Made by a program: the position numbers and the translations under genes. From NCBI RefSeq assembly GCF_964355755.1, contig NC_092670.1, positions 26,274,795-26,338,794 of the forward strand: a stretch of DNA of 64,000 nt, written 5' to 3'. How positions within the stretch are numbered: position 1 is the stretch's first letter; the number at the start of each line of letters is the position of its first letter. The DNA comes from Antedon mediterranea. Lineage: Eukaryota > Animalia > Echinodermata. A model generated the notes under the pieces. That model was not told where the DNA came from and made no database searches. It worked only from the letters and a program-made list of their open reading frames with translations. This document shows positions 1 through 12,839 of the stretch, piece by piece.

Positions 1-689
1 GATTACGTATATTATTTAACGGTGGACAATTAAGGATAAAATGATGGATGTCTTCGTCCGAGTTTGTACCGCATAATTTACATTTCTTATTATTATCAAT
101 ATTCTAATTTGCAGTTCTATCATTTAAAGGTAGAGTATTTGAACGAACTTTAAATTTTAATGCAACACCTTCAAAATTAGTTTATCAATTAAGTAGTTTT
201 CAAATCCAGGTTTTGATTTTAATGTTTCATAGATGTGTAGACTTGATTTTTTTGTAATTCAATTCTCCATTCATCTATCATTATAGAGTTAAGTTTTCTT
301 AAGATTTCAGAAATTGGAAAGTGGACTTCTTTATAATTTGAGAGAGTGGTGAAAATATATTTGGATTCACAAGAGAATATCGTTTATACAAGATAGAAAC
401 TTATACCTTAAGTCTTTAAATTCACAATTAAGTTGTAGCATTCCAATAAACATAATGTTAAACATAATTTTACTAAATTTATTTTTCTCTTAGACTTCCG
501 ACAACACGGAGATTCACAGTCGGGTATAAACCAAAGAGTAAACCGTATGGCTCCACAATCGACCTGGTATTGTCGACTCTGATTATTTGATATCCTTATT
601 TGTTCCATTCATTCTGCATGAGTTCAGAAACTCATTATAGCCATTGTGTTGTTTATATTAACACAGAAATTCAGCGTGTTTGTTGACAC

Positions 690-960
690 CAGAACACTTC
701 GATATGGATTTTCACTGCGTATTTCAATCAATATTTGTTATCAGTAGTGTTGCTAGTTGATTGAAGATGAGAATTCGTATTTTATTAACATTATTGATGA
801 TTTTGAAAATCATCATTTTTTATTAGGAATTATTACCAATCTCCAATGCTTTTGACCATAGATATATTCACTACAATATCTCTATGTTTTGACGCTATTG
901 ATTATCACAACATTCTTTTATTCAAATTGAATCCATGGACCTGTATCACATCTTTTCAAA
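690..960 (+). pseudogene. highly degraded non-LTR reverse-transcriptase relic
   Basis: ORF 846-1052 contains CFDAIDYHNILLFKL, which resembles the RT motif AFDTIDHNILIKKL of the intact LINE in this window. Flanks are unreadable. Confidence 0.35.
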
Positions 961-1899
961 AGTTACCTTTCCAATCGTGTCCAGTAACATGTTTTGCAAT
1001 TCTATCTCTAATTTCAATTATATTACTTGTGGCATCCCCCTGGTCTCTTTAATTGGTCCCCACTACTATTCATTTAATATATTAACGATATCTACATTTC
1101 TTTCCATTACTTAATTTTTTTCCTTTCTTTCATTACATTACTTTTAAAAAAAAATCCCTGTTGTCATAGTCTGTAAATAAATGAAGGTTCATTTCGGCCG
1201 CGTAATTTACAAATAAAAATCATTCCTCTAGTCAAATGGTGAGTAAAGACGAAGAGACTAACCAAGTAATACATTCAATTTTGCAAAACTTATTAAATAT
1301 AATTTTGAAGTTCTTACGAGAGGCAGACGCTTCCGGTAAATATTCCACTCTCATACAAATAGATTCCGAACTAGTTTTTATACTCATCTGCCATTAGAGC
1401 ACTGATTGCGTGATGGCATTTTTGTTGTGGATTTGCACTGTTTTTCTCTTTTGTTTTGTGGATCATTTAATCTATTAACATTATGTAGGCCACTGGCCCA
1501 AATGTACAATAATAGATAATGAATTTAAGTAGTAACAGCAATTATATCTCCTTTTATATGTGAAAAGGGCAAATCTTACCAAGTTATTGATTTGTTTTCC
1601 TCTTTTTGTTGTTCATTAGTAAAATAAATCATTTGAACGAGCGCTGTCTGATAAAAATAGAAGAAAGAAAAATGACAACATTATATTTTAATATATTATA
1701 CGGTAATGCATAATCATGGAGGTATAATGTATGATATTGTGTTTTATTACAAAATATTTGAAAACAAATGTCACTTGATTCTAAACCACACCAGCTGATA
1801 TCGTACGTAGATTAGACCGACTGTTTGTAACCTGTTCATATTTCATTGAACGAATACAATTAATTATTGAAGTTGAAACTAGTATGAACTAGTATTACA

Positions 1900-2310
1900 A
1901 TAACGTGTATACAAATGTATTGATTTGCGATGAATGGAACATTCCAATCTCTCAGTCTCAGTATTATTTAGTTTAATACAAATAGGTACATTTATGGGTC
2001 CTTGGGGATAAACTTAAAACCTTTAGATAGTATTGAAATACGTTGACAATACTGTAAATACGTAACCATTTTTGGTCGCCAATTTAATCGCAAATGTCAA
2101 AAGTTTGGACCCATTTGTTACAAGTTTCTCTTTCAGGGTATTAATTTTAGATGACTACATAAATCACCGTGTCTATTTATTCGTTTCAGTAAACTACAAT
2201 GCATTATAGTCCTGCGGTACGTACATTTGAAATTACTGTGTATTCGAGAACCATTTGTGGGCACGACTTTGATGGTACGGAAGCGAAGCGAATAATATAG
2301 TACGTCGGTA
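1900..2310 (+). mobile_element. partial copy of the non-autonomous Helitron family seen at 21779-23065
   Basis: tatacaaatgtattgatttgcgatgaatgg and ttcgagaaccatttgtgggcacgac...gatggtacg match 22203-22240 and 23003-23040. Confidence 0.65.
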
Positions 2311-2488
2311 GTGTAATTTAACATAACATAATAGTACTATACTGCATTGCAATAATGCTGTTTCAAATTCGTCGAAAATATGTTCTCTATTCTGAGAATT
2401 GTCGATACTAACCGCCATGGAGGGGTTGTGGGTTGGGAGTAAAGAGGTGGTATCAACAGGATCGAAATTTGTACTGGGAAGGTTTTAA

Positions 2489-2817
2489 AGATATATTGTC
2501 CCCCAACACATGAAAAATAAAGATTATTTAAATCAAACTTTGAATATGTTATTTTGAAGTTTTAATCAAGTTAATCACTTCTGTAGAAAAAAAAATTTCA
2601 CTTTCACAAAACAACATAATAAATGGTTAAATTCAACCAAAAATCCATTGGCTGGCTGCCAATTTGACAATATTTTGCTTTAAATTACATTTTTTTCAGG
2701 TAAATATTTTTGTTTAGATCGAATTTCTTATCAAAGTGGATAACTATTATGTGACATTAACATGACATATTCAACAAACAAATATTTCAAAATATTTTTA
2801 GGGGGACAATACATTTT
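2489..2817. mobile_element. Kolobok-like MITE (TTAA TSD, AG terminus)
   Basis: ttaa|agatatattgtccccc ... gggggacaatacattt|ttaa. A second partial copy lies at ~32740-32895. Confidence 0.65.
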
Positions 2818-3881
2818 TTAATTACAGTTATCTGGTAGGCTACTGAGAAAAAGATAGACATACTATTGACCTATACACCATCTCAAATACATACATAATA
2901 ATAATTTGACAAGCAACGAACTAAGGTGTATCGTGTTTTGTAAACTAAAGTTAATAGGGTACAGGTACAATGTAAAGCAATGTGTTCTACTTTACTTAGC
3001 TCAGAATTTAATGTGTCAGTTAAAAATAATAGATTTAGTTAAGAGTGAAATTTCACTCTTATCTGGTTACAGTAATTAAACATAAACTGGCTTTATTAAA
3101 AATAATAACTGTTCTCGTGTTTAAATTCACTAAGCAACGATCACAGTCATGTGTTGATATCTGTTGGCGTCTTACATTAAATACAGTAATGTGCAGGATT
3201 AACGTATGAAGTAGAGCGATGAACGACATTGAGCGCAAAACTGTCGAAAAAATGATTTAGCAGTTTCTATCTGTTTTCTCTTGCATCTTTTGCTTTCATC
3301 TACACCTGCCCTATAGACCATATGACACCTTTGGGACACAATCAATTTTCAATCAAAATGCAAAAGGAAATGATATAGTATACAGATATCGGATCTCAGC
3401 ATAAGATTTCCTGTGTTATTAGCCTAAATTTAAAAAAATAAATTTGTTTTGTTGAAATGACGTTTATTGAGTATCATAAATACTAGTTATAACTTGTATG
3501 TAATACATATATAATCAAAACTAATATTTTGTATAGGAACATATTCGAATTGATTTTACTTTTGATAAAATGATAGTGTCAATTATTTCTAGATTGTATA
3601 TTTTAAAATAAAATAAAATTCCAGTTTTATTTTGTTCTTGCAAACTGATTTGATTTTAGAGGATTCAATTTGTATTGATTTTTTTTTGTACGATCAGGTG
3701 AAATAGGTATAGTATAATAGTTTCTTGCTTCGTGTATTAATATGATAATAAATAATTTTCATGGGGAAGTACAACACACAAAGGGATAGATTATTATTCA
3801 ATTATTATTTGTATTGTACTATTATAATTGCAATAATAATAATATAATTTATAAAAAAGTTTTTATTAAAACATCTTGCAG

Positions 3882-6800
3882 ACGACGATGGAACTTTTAA
3901 GAAATCAAACTACGTTTGCCCTAACCGTGGAGTACGAAGCTCAAGATTTGAAAATAAGTCTGGAGTGTCTGACGACTTGTCGTACTTTCAAGAAATGCCA
4001 GAAATATGTGACGTAATATTTATCGTTGGAGATGAAAAAGAACCAATTTGTGGAATTCGCGCGATACTGGCTGCTCGAAGCAGGTTAGTAAATAATAGTG
4101 AATAGTAGAGTAACATTATTTCATTGCGTTGAATATTCATAGGTCTTGAGCAGGTCTAGCAGCAGCTGATGCCGGCATTGTGCCTGCATATGACCCGTTC
4201 TGACAGAAAACCATACCGTGCATTGTAATAGCATATTGCCGGCACACAGCTGTGATGAGAAAAGGGCTGTGATGTGGAAATTCCATTTTTTACTGGTTTG
4301 AAAAAGAAAACATTCTAATTTATACTAATCCACCCCATTTTTTTGTGAACAATAATAGTATAATAAATTGATTTTCCACTTTAAATTATATATAATTATG
4401 CTTCATGAAGTATTAATAAGCAAACTAAAAGTGTCATAACTGGTACATGTTTAGAATAAATGATGTAATGTTAATTGTTTAAAACCCTTAAAAATAAGAA
4501 AAAATGATTAGTTAGGATTCCCGGTGACCTATGGTTTTAATCGCTCAGCGATTCGACTGGAGGAAGCCATGCCTTCATAAAACAATTTATAATATAAATT
4601 ACGAGAAAAATTGTGCATCTGAAAGCTAGGACCATTATCAAATTTCTGGTATTATTTTGTTTAATAAAATAAATATATAATTTTTAAGATTTAAATAGAA
4701 AAGTTATGTGAACAAACTGCTAATTATTTTTGTTATCGTTTGAGAATCTAATTTGATACGACTTTGATGGCCGAGGTTTTGCTCTATATGAAAGGATTAC
4801 ACATGTTCTCTATACACCTTATTATAGTTTAATTATTCTAAATACCAGTACGATTTTCACATTTTACTTTTAATTATAGAGTTTTCCACAAAATGTTATA
4901 CACACATTGCCGTTCGGATAGCCCAAAAAAGAGAACTAACATGATGAGAAAATTGCGAAAAAGTGGTAGTACTGAAGAATTTGCCGAAAGTAGCCATCCT
5001 CGTACCGTTGTAATAAAAGAATTTGATCCAAACGTGTTTCATCAATTAGTCGAGTATGTCCACACGGGATGTGTAACTTTGCAAGCAGAAACGGTCATTG
5101 GTAGGTATAATTATGTTAAGAAATGTCGATTCACACAAAATAGTGAAACTCTTGTCTGGTAATTAGACAATTATCCCTCGGACAATCACCACTCTAGGAC
5201 ATCTACCCACCAGACGACTACCCATCAGACACTATCCGCCTAGACCCTTTTATCTTCTTATGAAATTATTAAGGCCAAAATGGTAAATATTTTTTTATAA
5301 ACACATACGGTACGATATGTTATGCTATCACTGTCATTATCATTATTTGAAGCACTGTAAAATGTCTATCACTATATTACTCTAATATTTTGTAGGACTA
5401 ATGAATGCAGCTGATCACTATGGTCTAGACGAACTCCGCAGGGCTTGTATCGGATTTATGCATTGTTGTATAAACGAAGATACTGTATGCACGATTCTAT
5501 GCTCAGCTGAAAAATATATACAGTATAAGTCTACAAAATCTCTTGTTCAAAGGGTACTTTAGTCATTACTTTATTTAGATTCTTTTTTCACTGTCAGCTA
5601 TAATATATTAAACTTAAAGTAGTGCGGATCCATGAATGCTCTGAATTTTAAACATATTCCAGTGAATGTATGATGACCTAAATGAAATTAATTTGAGTTT
5701 TTCTGTTGGTAATATTAATTTAGGAATGAACACACACATTTTTCTAATCAGACAGCGAGATATGAGCTACATACATTTGTGCATAATGTACAAAGTAACT
5801 GCAGGGGTGGCGCCAGGATCTTCCCGACGCGGGGGCTACATTCCCCGACGAGGGGGCTATGCGAGCATCACAAGGCTGGGGGCCAGGGGGCCGCCAAGGG
5901 CCCCCGGTGGGGGTCCAGGGGGCGAAGCCCCCGGAAGCAACGCGTTCTAGCGTCATTTGAGGTCATTTTAATCAGATTTAGGGTAGCCATTTTTTCCATT
6001 TTTTATAATGCATAAATAAAATACTGCGTGCAAAAAAACGATGCGCGATTACTGTTTCAATCCATATTTTTCAATTTAAAAAATAAAAGTTCAAAGAAAA
6101 TTTAGAAAAATAGAGTTGGAGGTCCTGGAAATTGGACTTATTATACTTCAAAACATGAAACAAAATATATAAGTCCCTATCATGGTTGTGACTGAGCTAA
6201 GAAATGTTTGAAAAATAGAGATGTTAGGTCCCGGAAAATGCACTTCTTGTACTTCGAAATATGACCAGCTTTATTGTTGGGGCTGAGCTAAGAAAATGTT
6301 TAAAACTAGAGCTGCAGGTCTTCAAAAAATTGCATTTTATACTTTGGAAACATCAGGCCCAGAGGCTTAAAAAACGCAAGCGTAGACCTTTTTCAGTCGG
6401 GGAAATTTTGTATTTTTTGTATTTGTATTAATGACATACAGGACATTGAAAATTTAATAACTTAGCTATAATAAGATGTTGGCTAAGCGAAAATGGCATG
6501 TTTTTTTGTTTAGTAATGGATGAAATATTTATTTTAGGTGCCCCACGGTACAGAAGGTTACTTGTAAATTAAAAAATTGGTGAACATACGAACAATTAAC
6601 ATAATTCGTTTTTGCTGTAGTGTAGCGTACGTCGACACAGTACACGACGTAACCGTCGGTAAACTTCGCCTGGAAAATAACTACAGTACACATTTTTGAT
6701 ATGATATCACGACCCAACGTTGAACGATTCGTACAAAGGGATACCGCCAGACAAGTGCGTACCTATAGCTATTGTTTAGTAGTAAGTTAGATCGCTGGCA

Positions 6801-8318
6801 ATAATGAATGCATATAAAGTGCATAATATCACTCTGACGTACTCTCACGGTCAATGAAACGTCTAGGTTTTCTAGGCGCTGAAGCTACGAAGTGAACGCG
6901 AACGAATTATATTCCCCGACAAAAAGTACCCGAACCGTCGGTAAACTTCGCCTGGAAAATAACTACATTACACATTTTGGTCCCTGGATGGAACTTGATA
7001 TCACGCGTCTCGACCCAACGTTGAACGATTCGTACAAAGGGATACCGCCAGACAAGTGCGTACCTAGCTAATGTTTAGTAGTAAGTTAGATCGCTGGCAA
7101 TAATGAATGCATATAAATTGCATAATAGCACTCTGACGTACTATCACGGTCAATGAGACGTCGCGGTTTTCTAGGCGCTGAAGCTACCAAGTGAACGCGA
7201 ACGTTTTTTACTGCATATTATATTCCCCGACAAAAAGTACCCGTGTTCCCTTCGGTAACCGTCGGTAAACTTCGCCTGGAAAATAACTACATTACACATT
7301 TTGGTCCCTGGATGGAACATGATATCACGCGTCTCGACCCAACGGTGAACGATTCGTACAAAGGGATACCGCCAAACAAGTGCGTACTAGCTATTGTTTA
7401 GTAGTTAGATCTCTGGCAATAATGAATGCATAAAAGTGCATAAAAGCCCTCTGACGTACTCTCACGGTCAATGGAACGTCGTGGTTTTCTAGGCGCTGAA
7501 GCTATATGAAGTGAACGCGAACGTTTTTTACTGTATGTTATATTCCCCGACAAAAAGTACCCGTGTTCCCCGACGGGGGGGCTAGGCTCCCCGACGAGGG
7601 GGCTAGAGCCCCCGTAGCCCCCCCGCTGGCGCCACCACTGAGTAACTGAAGTGCATATAACGTCAATTTGCAAAGAAAAAATACATATAAAGAATATTAT
7701 CTATCTAAAAATCTATATTTGTATACAATGGTAATAGCGTCTTTATAAATGTTTTTATTACAGGCATTAGAATTTATCGATGAAAATGGTGAAGAAGTTT
7801 TAAGTTTACCTGGCTTTTCTTCTTTACCTGAACACGTCGTTCGGCTGATCTTATCACGCGAAGAATTGCGTGCTGAAGAAGTGACAAAATTCTACGCTGC
7901 CGTAGGCTGGAGCAGGCAACTGTGTAAACGAAGACCAGGAACAAAATTGAAAGAAGCCATGTCACCGTTTATAGGTTCTATTGCATGGCACTTTATACCT
8001 GCTTCTGTACTAATGACAGAGGTAAAGCAGTGTGGTGCTGTATCAGATCAAAAAATCATGAACGCCCTGGCTTTTCAGGCTGATCCAAACTGCGTATCAG
8101 AAAATAAACTTACAAAGACTCTAAGCACTATTCATTTACATCGGGACTGTGATAGCAGTTCAATGAATACCAGTAACGTTACTTGGGAAGATGAACAGGT
8201 TTTGAATAGCGACATATCGTGTGCAATGTCGACGTCTTCAGATTTAACTGATACGAGTAGTTCAGGAGGAAGTTTTGGAAAGGGAGATCAGAAAAATGGA
8301 CGAGTTCTTGAAGTTTGA
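3882..8318 (+). CDS. gprs: BTB/POZ-BACK domain 'serine-enriched protein'-like gene; exons 3882-4083, 4880-5100, 5396-5553, 7764-8318 (5' exon/start not located)
   Basis: GT-AG introns with matching phases (2,1,0) join ...MPEICDVIFIVGDEKEPICGIRAILAARSR/VFHKMLY...EFDPNVFHQLVEYVHTGCVTLQAETVIG/LMNAADHYGLDELRRAC...KSLVQR/ALEFIDENGEEVLSL...LILSREELRAEEVTKF, followed by a Ser-rich tail. This is the BTB-BACK layout of Drosophila gprs-like proteins. The first visible exon opens in phase 1, so an upstream exon is required. Confidence 0.88.
5802..7640. mobile_element. non-autonomous hAT-type element in the last gprs intron
   Basis: TIRs caggggtggcgccag / ctggcgccaccactg and a perfect 8-bp TSD agtaactg (5794-5801, 7641-7648). 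Internal ~100-bp repeats (6095-6360) and three ~290-320-bp tandem units (6650-7570). No transposase. Confidence 0.9.
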
Positions 8319-8344
8319 TAGAATCACGTAATCAAGCTATATGT

Positions 8345-9965
8345 CCTAACTCTAGACTACAATGTTACTGTATAGGCCTATCTATTTAGATTTCATTTGA
8401 GTTAATATAAAAAACCACAATAATACGCAATGTAACATAAATCCGTGATGATGTGGTGCCCTGCAATAATTTGCGCTATATTAATTGAACTTTATTGTTG
8501 TTATTATTGTCTTTCTTTCAGGCGTAGCTCGTGCAAATTCTTTAGTTTATAAATATTAGTTTGTCCTTCGGAAATCCAGGCTTTGAACTGCAACATTCTT
8601 AATTGTAGATCGTAGGCCAGTATAGGCCTACTGATATAATAAGATATACATTTTAGTAATAGATGATTTAATTTATATTGTTTCTAACAAGACGTGATTG
8701 CGATAATAAGCCATGATCGATCGGTTGTTTGATACGAATGTAATAATTGTGCACCATCCAAAATTATTTCAATTCTAAGTTTAGTAAATTTGAATAAAGA
8801 TTTTAAACAAATGGAAATTCGCTTTCAAATAGATTTACATATAAGAAATATAATTGTTGTAACTTTATTTCGTTAGGCCTAACTAAACAATGTTTTCACG
8901 ACTAATTTAAAATAACGACATAGGCCTACTACATAAAGCTACATTCACACTTCTTCTTATTTCATGGAATGGAAGACGGCGTTGTGTTAAATAACGGCAG
9001 TTATCAGGAATAGTCCTGAACAGGGAGATGAACGCCCCTGCCCACCGATGAGTTTCGGGATCCCTTTGACCCGGAGGGAGAGTACCCGTCAGGGTCCCTA
9101 CCTAGGGTTACAGGTCCCAGGTTTTTAGTTGTTTTAATTAGTGTTCCATGACCTTCTCATCAAAATTAATGTCTCTCATTGTTGTGCTATGTCAACATAA
9201 TGTCAATGACGGCGAAATGTCCCCAATAATGGGGATAGCTATGCAAACAAGTAAGTAACAAGTGTAAATGTAGCTTTAGGTATAAGCTACATTCACACTT
9301 CTTCTTATTTCATGGAATGGAAGACGGCGCCGTGTTAAATAACGGCAGTGTGAATGTAGCTTTAGGTATAAGCTACATTCACACTTCTTCTTATTTCATG
9401 GAATGGAAGACGGCGCCGTGTTAAATAACGGCAGGGTGAATGTAGCTTTAGGTATAAGCTACATTCACACTTCTTCTTATTTCATGGAATGGAAGACTGC
9501 GCCGTGTTAAATAACGGCAGTGTGAATGTAGCTTTAGGTATAAACTACATTCACACTTCTTCTTATTTCATGGAAGACGTCGCCTTGTTAAATAACGGCA
9601 GTGTGAACGTAGCTTTAAGTATAAGCTACATTCACACTTCTTCTTATTTCATGGAATGGAAGACAGCGCCGTGTTAAATAACGGCAGTGTGAATGTAGCT
9701 TTAGGTATAAGCTACATTCACACTTCTTATTTGATGGAATGGAAAACGGCGCCGTGTTAAATAACGGCAGTGTGAATGTAGCTTTAGGTATAAGCTCAGT
9801 AGGCCTACCATATTGGTTTATTTCTTGAAGTTTGATAGATGACCTATTCAAACTGTATTTCCTTACTCTAGACTATAATGTTACTATATATCTATTTAGA
9901 TTTTCTTTGTTTTAATTTAAAAAATACACACATACTCAATGTACCATACATCTGTGATGATGATA
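8345..9965 (+). repeat. diverged ~105-bp direct repeat pair (8345-8455 and 9865-9965) downstream of gprs
   Basis: actctagactacaatgttact...tctatttagattt...caatgtaacataaatccgtgatgatg versus actctagactataatgttact...tctatttagattt...caatgtaccatacatctgtgatgatg. Confidence 0.75.
8937..9797. repeat. tandem array of ~7 86-bp hairpin units; first unit interrupted by a ~260-bp insertion (9001-9260)
   Basis: Unit agctacattcacacttcttcttatttcatggaatggaagacggcgccgtgttaaataacggcagtgtgaatgtagctttaggtata; the acattcacac motif recurs at 9289, 9375, 9461 and onward. Confidence 0.92.
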
Positions 9966-10299
9966 TTATGTACAGTTTAATCCAACAATATAACAAACCT
10001 GTATTAAACTATTATTCTAACTTCTCACAAAATAGGAACCTCGGCCTCCGCAGAATAACAATATGTAAATCGTTTCAGTAATTTCAAGATACACATTTAA
10101 AAATGTTAATATAGGCCTAATTAGTCTTCTCTTTTGAGATGATTTCTAACTACTTAATTGAGTCACATCTCAATTATTCCCAAATAGTCCATTAATTTCA
10201 ATTTCTATTTATTTCCACAATATAACAACATATATTTTATGATAAAACATTATGATAAAATGGTTAGTTAGCCTAGTATAGATACACTTATGATATAAA

Positions 10300-10900
10300 T
10301 ACAACATAAGGCGGGATTAGTGAATAATGTGAACTGTAAAAGAGAAAAAAATAGACAATCTTTAACAATCAGAGGTAGGTCATTGAAAAAACGTAGAAAT
10401 GAATTCAAAATAATTATTTTAATGACCAGTATTCGTTCTGGATACACTACGTACAACCTCTCTATTGAAATCTACATTTTCTTATACAATTCTGCGGTAA
10501 AAGTAATTCCTAAAAGCAAAAAAATCTGTTTGAAGACTGCATCAAACAAAGACACTGAAGACGAATTTCACAAGGAACAGTTGAATAATTATTTTGTTCC
10601 ATGGTCTTAACAGCGTAGGTGATTTTTTCACAAAATTCTTAACGTATTGCATAGGCCTAGAGGGTTTAAATATATTCTGAAATGGACGAACTATATTATT
10701 ACAGTATATTGGTAAACAATAAGTTTGGGATTACATTGGAAACACATCCAACTGTTGTGATTATAAAACAATCGTCTTCGATGCTTTAATATTAATTCGA
10801 GATAGGCCTACGTGAGACCCCCAATCAAGTTTAGATGACTCCCAAGATATTTGAATTCAAGGCTTCATCGACGGTAACGTACCGAATCAATATAATATGG
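10300..10900 (-). pseudogene. degraded CR1/L2-type LINE ORF2 C-terminal relic
   Basis: Minus-strand translation EFKYLG / SSKLDWGSHV(GL)SRINIKASKTI fits the KYLG..LxWxxHIxxIxxKA motif. Boundaries approximate. Confidence 0.55.
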
Positions 10901-11039
10901 TGTTTAAAAGTTTAATTTTACTCCTAGTAAACTCCTAATTTTACACTTCATATTTAATTTCATCCCAATTTATTTATATAAATTATATATTAATTTCTTT
11001 TTGAAGAGTACATACATCGTTAGGCGATCTAATTACACG

Positions 11040-11560
11040 ATATAAGAGGGTGTCATCAGCGTACATTTAAATGAAGAAGATAAAGCATTTAGGTCAATAA
11101 CAAACACATTATAAAGTTATGGGTCCTAGTACCGAATCACGGGGGACACCAGAAAGCACAGAAGAAGGTGAAAGTTAAAAAAAAACTTCTGAGAATGACC
11201 TAGCAGAAGAAGAAGAAAAGAAGCAAAATGGTACCACCGAATACCGAAACCTTTAAGTTTTCAGAGCAATAATGTATGAAAACTGCGTCAATACGTCGAG
11301 GCCATCAGTACATGAACCTCCTTTTACAAAATCATGTTGATTGGACAGAACAAGACCATTATCATACAAATATAGTCAACTTATTACATATAATATTCTC
11401 AAGCAGCCAACAATCGAGCAGCACAGCAACATTGGCCTAAAGTTTTCAATACGGTTAGACCACTGACCCCCTATGTGAGTTTGAATACCACATAGATGAG
11501 AGGTGATTCATACTTCAGAGATGTTGTCTACAACTATTAGCATTTTAAAATGTTGCCAGA
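11040..11560 (+). pseudogene. possible very degraded Penelope-like (GIY-YIG) relic
   Basis: Only fragments resembling AFRxxxNTL, NHV-DW and DExxxY motifs, with many frameshifts. Confidence 0.25.
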
Positions 11561-12839
11561 AAGAAGAAAGAAGAACTAGAGATACTATGTTGAATAGAAC
11601 ATGAACCCAGTAAGATGAATTTTGTACTTAAAGATGAGGGTGAATGAATTCGATATCTGGTGCGAGTGTGTACAATTGAGAACAAGTGCTGTTCCGCCGA
11701 GTCGTTATCCAATCAATTTTACACAATACCATCGAAGCCTCGGTGTGGTTAGGGGCGCATTGTTCACGGGAGTCATGAAATTGTCCCCTTCACAATTATT
11801 CGTCAATCGCAATTTTATCAACTTGTTATCAACAAAGATTAAGATGCAAAGTGTTTTATTACGTAATCACAATTAACTGGAAACAGTCGACGCAACAGTG
11901 CTGCAAACATTGTTACCGGTAGTTTCATTTCACGCAACAAAAGGCAAGACAAGAGAAAAACATAGTATGCGGGATGAACCAGGTCAAAGTCTACGGCGAC
12001 TAACGTTGACGAGCAAACCGAGCAGGTTTGTTTTCACCTACGCACTTTGTTGCCACTCGGGAAAAAACTCAAGGACGTAGACACAACACAAGGAGTTGAC
12101 GCAGTACGAATACTTAAGAGCCATTGTCTGTAAGAATCAAAGAAATATCAAAAAGAGTGGCAGACTAACAAAAATGGATTTCTTTCAAATTTTGCACATG
12201 GCTATATATGTGTTGAGAGAAATCAAATATGAAGTATTTTTTATTTCACACGTATATTTCCATGGCAACGGCCAAATTTGTGTTTTTGACAAATTTTGTC
12301 CTTTTTTAAGGTTTTTTAAAATGGATATTGGTACTACTTTGATGAACGATATTTTTGTTTTGTTCATTTAATTATAAAAAATAATTAGTGTATGCATAAT
12401 AACAATGCATTGTGTACCTGTTTCATATTTTTTTATTTTTTTTTTATTTCATACTTTGGGAGATACCATTTATTTAAAAAGGGGTGTTTTTCACTTTTTT
12501 TAAATTGTTCAATGCAACTAAACTTTACTTTGTTTGTTTGTTTGTTTCTTTATTTCCATTCACAACAAAATAAAACCATTAACATACATAAATATTCATT
12601 ACAAAAATGAAAGAATGGAAAGGGGGAATCTCTGAAGCACAGCTTATAAGTAGAAACCCCCTGTTACAAAACAGTTTATAAATAGTAATATGAAACAAAG
12701 GCACAACGGCATAGGCAAACAAAATGTAACTTTTAAGAAAGTTTCTTTTTTTTTCTTTATCTTAAAAAAACAAAAAAGATTTCTCAGAGAGTAAGATGTA
12801 ATTGTAAAAAGAAAAAAGATAAAAAAAAAAAAACCTGTT

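Noticed and set aside
1236-1245. ATG|gtgagt as first coding micro-exon of gprs
   Set aside because: It gives phase 0, but exon 3882 needs phase 1; the alternative frame has a stop just upstream.
5666-6015. GC-rich short ORFs (5666-5950, 5744-5956, 5779-6015)
   Set aside because: Chance frames across the GC-rich left end of the hAT element.
8937-9797. CRISPR-like array
   Set aside because: Units are near-identical along their whole length with no unique spacers, no cas genes, and the context is eukaryotic.
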